NCBI GenBank assembly: GCA_965240325.2
Contig: OZ251248.1
Location: 186,001-250,000, forward strand
Reading direction: 5' to 3'
Length of the DNA stretch: 64,000 nt
From: Rebecca billardiae RCC1528
Taxonomy: Eukaryota > Protista > Haptophyta
This document shows, in pieces, positions 58,358 through 64,000 of this stretch (its first letter is position 1; each line of letters begins with the position of its first letter). The position numbers and the translations under genes were made by a program. Below the pieces are notes generated by a model. The model did no database searches. It was not told the DNA's origin and saw nothing but the letters and a program-made list of their open reading frames with translations.

Positions 58358-60372
58358 TATATGATTAAACTTTCTTCAGGAATGCGCACCAGAAAAAGCC
58401 TTAACAACCCGCGCGGCCCAAGATGGGGTTGGCGGCCACGACGGCGGTTATGCGCCCTTTCGCGCCTTGGAGCGGCGCGTGCGCGCCAGGAAGTGGGCCA
58501 AACCATGCTCGCGACATGCTCGTTCGTCGACGCTGATTGTTGGCCGATTGCATGCCAGCCCACGCCGACGTCTGAGTGCGCCTCGCCGCGCACGGTACAG
58601 CTTGACGGTACACGGCACGATTCGGCCGCGAGCAGCCTCGTGCGCGCGACCGAGTCAGAGGTGGTCGTCGAGAGTAGCACGAGCGGCGGCGCACAAGCGG
58701 GCCTGGTCGTTGCCGAATATCTGACGCACCAATCGACCTCGCCCAGCGCCATCTGCTCGTTTGTGCACGTGTTGGAAAGGATGAGCAGCTGCGTGCAAGG
58801 CGCCAAGCGCGCAGATGAGGCGTGGGCGAGCGAAGGGGCGGCGAGGGCCGGCGCGTGCGCGCGCGTAAATTCGAGCCTCCCCATATGCATCGAAACACAC
58901 CGCGCTCGCTCGTCGAGCTGCGCACGGGTATCGGTGCGCGCGCGCCAACGCGGCGCGCCGTGCTCGCGCCCGGCAGCTGCAAACCTGCTCGCGCGCGCAC
59001 GCGTGCGTGATGGACCGAGGAGGTCGCGCGAGCATGCGCGATGTGTCTGGATGGAGCGTGTAGGAGGTGTAGGCTGCGCTCCGCACGCGCTCCGCCACCG
59101 TGCACCGCGCTGCCCCTCGCCCACGCGGTCGCCGCCGAGCCCAGATTCAAACCGGCGTGCGAGCGCTCGAGCGCACCTCCGAGCAGCAGTCGCAGCTATC
59201 GTGTCGAAGGCGTGGCGAGAGGCAGATGTGCATGGCAAGTAGCGACATGGTGGTGCCCATCACGCGCACACACTCGCGCACGCTCGCTACACCACCTCGT
59301 CGCGCCCACGTGCAGCGCGCGGGGCGCGCTTCGCGCCCGGAGCAGCTGCCGAGCGGCTGCTGCGCGCGGCGCGCGCGGCGAGTAGGGCTCAGCCAATGGT
59401 CCGAGGGCGAGCCTGCCGAGCGTCGTGCGTGGCGCGCGCGGACCTAGTACAACGCCGCGTACCACTCGCTGCCACCATAGGGCCCGTACCGGCGAGCTGT
59501 GGCCGCCACAGACACCCAAAAGCAGCCCAGCCGTCAGCCCGGGTCAGCCGACGAGCGCGCGGCGCGCGCGTCCGCCACCGTGATGAGCACGGACGAGCGC
59601 GCGCGCCCGTGTCGTAGCTCAGATGGGGTCCCCCGATCGCACGCACCACCGCGCTGCCACGTCTTCGACCATCTTGTGTCACCATGTGGCCGCTCGCCGC
59701 TCGCACCGAGCGGCTGGCGGCGCAGCTGCACGACCGGCAAACGGTCAGCGCGCGGCAAGGGTGGAGTCCGGCGAGGGTCGGCCGGACAGTCCGGCGCCAC
59801 CAAGGTGGACCGCGCGGTGGTCACCGGCGCGCTCGTCACCACGCTCGAGGCCATGGAGGCCGCCCAGGAGGAGAACTACTCACTGCAACTGCCTGTGCAC
59901 TGCCTTTGGAGTGGCTCCTTTGCGCGCGCACGCAGCGCCAACGAGCGAAAGCGTTTATCGGGACCTAGTCCGGGGATCAAGGGTACCACCATCAAAGAAT
60001 GGAATGCGCGCAAAGGTCCCGATACAAATATTTTGTGTCGCCCGTGCCGCGCGCGCGCGAGCACGGCCAAAGCCGCAAGCTGCAACATCTGCTGCAGATC
60101 GGCTCGTGCTCGACGAGGGCGGCGAGGAGACGGGTGCGCGCTCGCGAGCGAGCGTACCTGAGAGTGATATCGGCATCCGACCAGGAAGAGCGGGTCGATC
60201 TGCCCGCAGCTCGTCGCACGATCGCGAGAGCGCACGTGCGGTCGACGAGGAAGAAGGCCCGCATCGTGGCGTTTCCGCCAGTGGCGGGCCGGCTCGAGAT
60301 TTGACGGCGAAACTCCAGCGGGTTGTTAAGGCTTTTTCTGGTGCGCATTCCTGAAAAAAGTTTAATCATATA
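58358..60372. mobile_element. Non-autonomous DNA transposon with 55-bp terminal inverted repeats
   Basis: 58358-58412 and 60318-60372 are inverted copies with 1 mismatch (tatatgattaaactttYttcaggaatgcgcaccagaaaaagccttaacaacccgc). The outer TA may be the TSD; no transposase motif recognised. Confidence 0.8.
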
Positions 60373-60377
60373 CTCTA

Positions 60378-60420
<43 letters not shown>

Positions 60421-60560
60421 GACAGTGGTATGCAGTGCAACGGGCAGGCGTCAGAGTCAGCAAGCATATATAATATCCCGCGTAGGGGGCCGGTAAGGGT
60501 AAAGGGGGCCCGGCCTAAGGGGGGCACGGGGAGTCTAGCCTGGCCCTGGTCCGACATCCC

Positions 60561-60691
60561 GATTTTCGCCAGTGAAAAAGCCTTTTCGGATTTTGGGCGC
60601 CTGATTTCTCCGCCCGATTTTTCTCGTCGCTCGTCGCGCTCGTCAAATATTAAAATCGCCACCGGCCGTCCGACGGCTCGCCGCGACGAAG
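60561..60691. repeat. Imperfect direct repeat A flanking the EsV-1-7 gene
   Basis: gattttcgcca..gaaaaagccttttcggattttgggcgcct..aaaatcgccaccggccgtccgacggctcgccgcgacgaag, also present at 62634-62742. Confidence 0.85.
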
Positions 60692-61001
60692 CGAGTCGGT
60701 GTGGACTGCGTGATGAATTATAACGTATGAATGAATCGTAGGTGATGAATATGGCGCAGCACACGGTATGTGATGATGCGGTGTCGGTGACGATGCCCGC
60801 GCGGGAATCGGCCTAGCTACAGGCGCTACTGAGTACTGCTGACAGTCTGCTGTGACTGGCAGTACAGACGGCACTGCACCGTAAGAGTTGGCCTGTTCCG
60901 GGCTGCGCACGCGGTACGTCAGTCGAAGTGAGGGGCAGAGGGCCCCCGCCGGCGAGGGCTCTGCCACGCTACGCGCTCCGCCCTGCATGCACCGCGGGCC
61001 A

Positions 61002-62318
61002 TCAATCATAATCGGAGGATGATGACAGATCGGATGCCAGGATCACTGTCCAACGGTCAGACTCGTCATCAACGTAGTCTGTGTCTGCACCGTGTGGCCG
61101 CATTCGGGAATCCGCTCCGAGGTTGCCTCCGCTCTCGAGTCTCCCGACCAGCGGCGGCGGTTGGGGCAGCTGTGGGGCGGTGTCCGAGTCAGTGGCGATG
61201 CGGCTGGTGCGTGCGTGCCGTCGCTTCGCTGCGCGCGTGCCCTGGTCGCCGGTGCCATGCTCCAGCCTGCGCTTGGGGACGGCGAGCCGAGGGTTCACCA
61301 TTCCTGTCAGCTTGTGCTCAGCGCACCGGCTGGCGCGCGCGTCGCCCGGCATGCCGAACGAAGGCCACTTGGTGCAGCCAGCGTGACCGCACTTGGGGCT
61401 CACCACGTCGACCATGCCGGCCAGCTTGTGCGTAGCGCACCGGCTGGCGCGCGCGTCGCCCGGCATGCCAAAACCAGGCCGCTTGGTGCAGCCGGTGTGA
61501 TCACACTTGCGGCTCCTAACGTCGACCATGCCGGCCAGCTTGTGCGTAGCGCACCGGCTGGCGCGCGCATCACCCGGCATGCCAAACGAAGGCACCTTGG
61601 TGCAGCCCGCGTGATCACACCTGGGGTGTATCACGTCGACCATGCCGGCCAGCTTGTGCGTAGCGCACCGGCTGGCGCGCTTGTCGCCCGGCATGCCGAA
61701 CGAAGGCAGCTTGGTGCAGCCGGTGTGATCACACTTGGGGCTCACCACGATGATGAACATGCCGGCCAGCTTGTGCGTAGCGCACCGGCTGGCGCGCGCA
61801 TCACCCTGCATGCCGAACGAAGGCGCCTTGGTGCAGCCCGCGTGATCACACCTGGGGTGTATCACGTCGACCATGCCGGCCAGCTTGTGCGTAGCGCACC
61901 GGCTGGCGTGCTTGTCGCCCGGCATGCCGAATGAAGGCCACTTGGTGCAGCCCGCGTGATCGCACATGGGGTTCCTCACATTGACCATGCCAGCCAGCTG
62001 GTGCTCAGCGCACCGGCTGCCGCGCGTATCGCCCGGCATGCGAAATGAAGGCCACTTGGTGCAGCCCGCGTGATCGCACTTGGGGTTCACCACATTGACC
62101 ATGCGGGCCAGCTTGTGCTCAGCGCACCGGCTGCCGCGCGTGTCGCCCGGCATGCCGAATGAAGGCCACTTGGTGCAGCCCGCGTGATCGCACTTGGGGT
62201 TCATCACATTGACCATGCTGGCCAGCTTGTGCTCAGTGCACCGGCTCGGGCGCGTGTCGCCCGGCATGCCGAATGACGGCTGTTTTGTGCAGCCGTCATG
62301 ACCGCACTTGCGGCTCAT
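61002..62318 (-). CDS. EsV-1-7-type cysteine-rich (C-x4-C...C-x2-H) tandem repeat protein, 9 repeats
   Basis: 438 aa from MSRKC; repeat consensus CDHAGCTKxPSFGMPGDxRASRCAxHKLAGMVxVxxPK (114-bp unit); basic PKRR/AKRRH motifs and an acidic C-terminus; intronless. Confidence 0.88.
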   Translation of the reverse strand: MSRKCGHDGCTKQPSFGMPGDTRPSRCTEHKLASMVNVMNPKCDHAGCTKWPSFGMPGDTRGSRCAEHKLARMVNVVNPKCDHAGCTKWPSFRMPGDTRGSRCAEHQLAGMVNVRNPMCDHAGCTKWPSFGMPGDKHASRCATHKLAGMVDVIHPRCDHAGCTKAPSFGMQGDARASRCATHKLAGMFIIVVSPKCDHTGCTKLPSFGMPGDKRASRCATHKLAGMVDVIHPRCDHAGCTKVPSFGMPGDARASRCATHKLAGMVDVRSRKCDHTGCTKRPGFGMPGDARASRCATHKLAGMVDVVSPKCGHAGCTKWPSFGMPGDARASRCAEHKLTGMVNPRLAVPKRRLEHGTGDQGTRAAKRRHARTSRIATDSDTAPQLPQPPPLVGRLESGGNLGADSRMRPHGADTDYVDDESDRWTVILASDLSSSSDYD

Positions 62319-62633
62319 CGAGTAGCTCGTGCTGCCGTGTACCCTCGGCTCGGTGGCTCCGGCGGCAGCAGGGACTCGCGCTGGACGGTGTGCCACCCCG
62401 CCCCCCGCTCGGTTTCGGTTCTTGTGTGTCCGATCCGGATCGGGGGATAGTCCGGTAGACACCCCAGGAGTCCGGATGGGTGCGATCGACAGCGGACAGC
62501 ACCGCGCTGCGACGCGCGAGCTGTAAGGCCGCCGCCCGCCGCCATGGACCTCAGCTTCATGGACCAGCCCTTCGGCGCACGTGATGAGGATGCTGAGGCG
62601 CGCGATGGGGGCCTCGACATGCTCGGAGGGGCG

Positions 62634-62742
62634 GATTTTCGCCATGAAAAAGCCTTTTTCGGATTTTGGGCGCCTCATTTCTCCCGATTTTTCTGCTCGT
62701 CAAAAATCGCCACCGGCCGTCCGACGGCTCGCCGCGACGAAG
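62634..62742. repeat. Imperfect direct repeat B
   Basis: Copy of 60561-60691 with small indels. Confidence 0.85.
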
Positions 62743-64000
62743 GTCGGAAGGGGCTCGAGGGCTCGAGAGCCTCGACTGGACGACTGCGCCGCCTCATGTC
62801 AGGTGTAGTGCTAGACACATCGTTCGGGTGCCCCGGTGGTGGGCGTGCACACCCTGAGCGACATGTCTGCGTTGCTTCCGCCGCCCGCGGTCCGTCGCCA
62901 GGTCGAATTCTCGCCTGACGGCGCGCGTCGAACGCTCACCTGCTGGGTTGCGCGGCGCCTTCGAGACGGGCCACCTCGGGTAATATGCGGGCCACGCGAC
63001 GGCTCGTGTGGGCCACCGCCTACCCCTAGCATGTACTCGATGCCACCACCAGCGTTGGGCGCGCTGCGCATCGCCAACTCTTCATCCGGCCAGTCCCGTC
63101 ACGTTTGCGCATGGGTCGTCCTGAGCGGCGGCTGTCGATTTGTGCTCCTCGTGGAGCTGTATGACGGGCTGGTGGCGAGCAGGATGGCTCGCCTTGCGGG
63201 GCTGGGGGTGTACAGTCGCAGTGTAGTGGCTGCCGGCTGACTCCCATCGCCTGGGTGCTGCTTTACCGTCATGGCCTTTGCTGCGAGCACAAGGTCGAGG
63301 ATCGTACCGCGGTCTGCGAGGCAGAGTCGACGGAGTCGTCGCTTGAAGATGGTTGAGAGCGCTCATACGTCTTCCTTGGTGTCGTGCGGCTACTCCAGCA
63401 CGCAAGGCTCGCGCTCTGGCACGTGTTTGGTGTCCATGGGTGGCACATTGTGCCATTCGGGTGGCTCGGAAGCACGTGCTCGGGTGTCTTTCCCGTTTAC
63501 GCGCGGTGGGCCAAGTCACCACGCACGGCCAGAGCATGTCATGGCACGCAGAGGGTGCCCATAAACGATCCCCACCCCGGTGGTGGCCGTAGGCGCACTC
63601 GAAGCGGTCGCATCGTCACCCGCGGATCACATCAGTCCGCCGTTGAGGCTGTCGGGCGAGCAAAGACGTGCGATCTGACCCTTGGACGGGCAGCTAGAAT
63701 CGCGATTATGCCTCATCTAAGGACGCACATGTCGTCGTTGTAGGCAGTACTGATGCCCCAAGTGAAAGGGCGGGCGTGGCACGCGACTTGACAGCTTGAA
63801 TGACTCGATGCACGCCGCCATGGACACGCGATCCGGATCCATTGCGAACCTGCCGTGTGGCTCACGGCGGCGCGCGTTGTGCCGCAGATCGGCCAGTTGC
63901 CACGCAGGAGATGGTCTCCAGACCAGGTCCAGCACCTGACCGACTGCCGCACGCCTGGCCGGGTGGGAGTCCGGCCCTCTTCTTGTCTGCAGGAGTGCGC

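Noticed and set aside
61290-62306. Regular 114-bp repeats as a CRISPR-like array
   Set aside because: They are in-frame coding repeats without unique spacers, in a eukaryotic context with no cas genes.
62750-64000. Coding-like minus-strand fragments (e.g. DWPDEELAMRSAPNAGGGIEYMLG)
   Set aside because: Multiple stops, no identifiable family, and truncated by the window edge.

Overview
Very GC-rich eukaryotic nuclear DNA. Spliceosomal introns are mostly GTGCG...GCAG, and the gene repertoire suggests a haptophyte-like alga (inference). About 15 host genes can be modelled, and every spliced model below closes in frame: PTEN-like phosphatase, MFSD5/MOT2 molybdate transporter, 4x RanBP2 zinc-finger protein, LVIVD-repeat protein, atypical SDR, GT25-like and GT77-like glycosyltransferases, TIR-like+LRR protein, CDIN1/TPD nuclease, SF3A3, a TLC-BtaA-BtaB betaine lipid synthase fusion, a GARP transcription factor, DDX56/DBP9 and a nucleoside hydrolase-TM-TIR-like fusion. 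Mobile DNA comprises an intact young Ty1/copia element (33947-40090), two head-to-tail Helitron-like elements, a 2-kb non-autonomous TIR element, and an EsV-1-7 repeat gene between direct repeats. Most notable: (i) the copia element appears to use a -1 programmed frameshift (G GGA AAC) between protease and integrase, lacks the integrase HHCC motif and has no canonical PBS; (ii) the EsV-1-7 array has near-identical 38-aa repeats with one hypervariable codon, plus an NLS-like and an acidic tail (TALE-like logic); (iii) unusual enzyme fusions (NH-TM-TIR; TLC-BtaA-BtaB; GDH-N-like module on a GARP factor). All domain calls come from motif recognition by eye; no searches were run.
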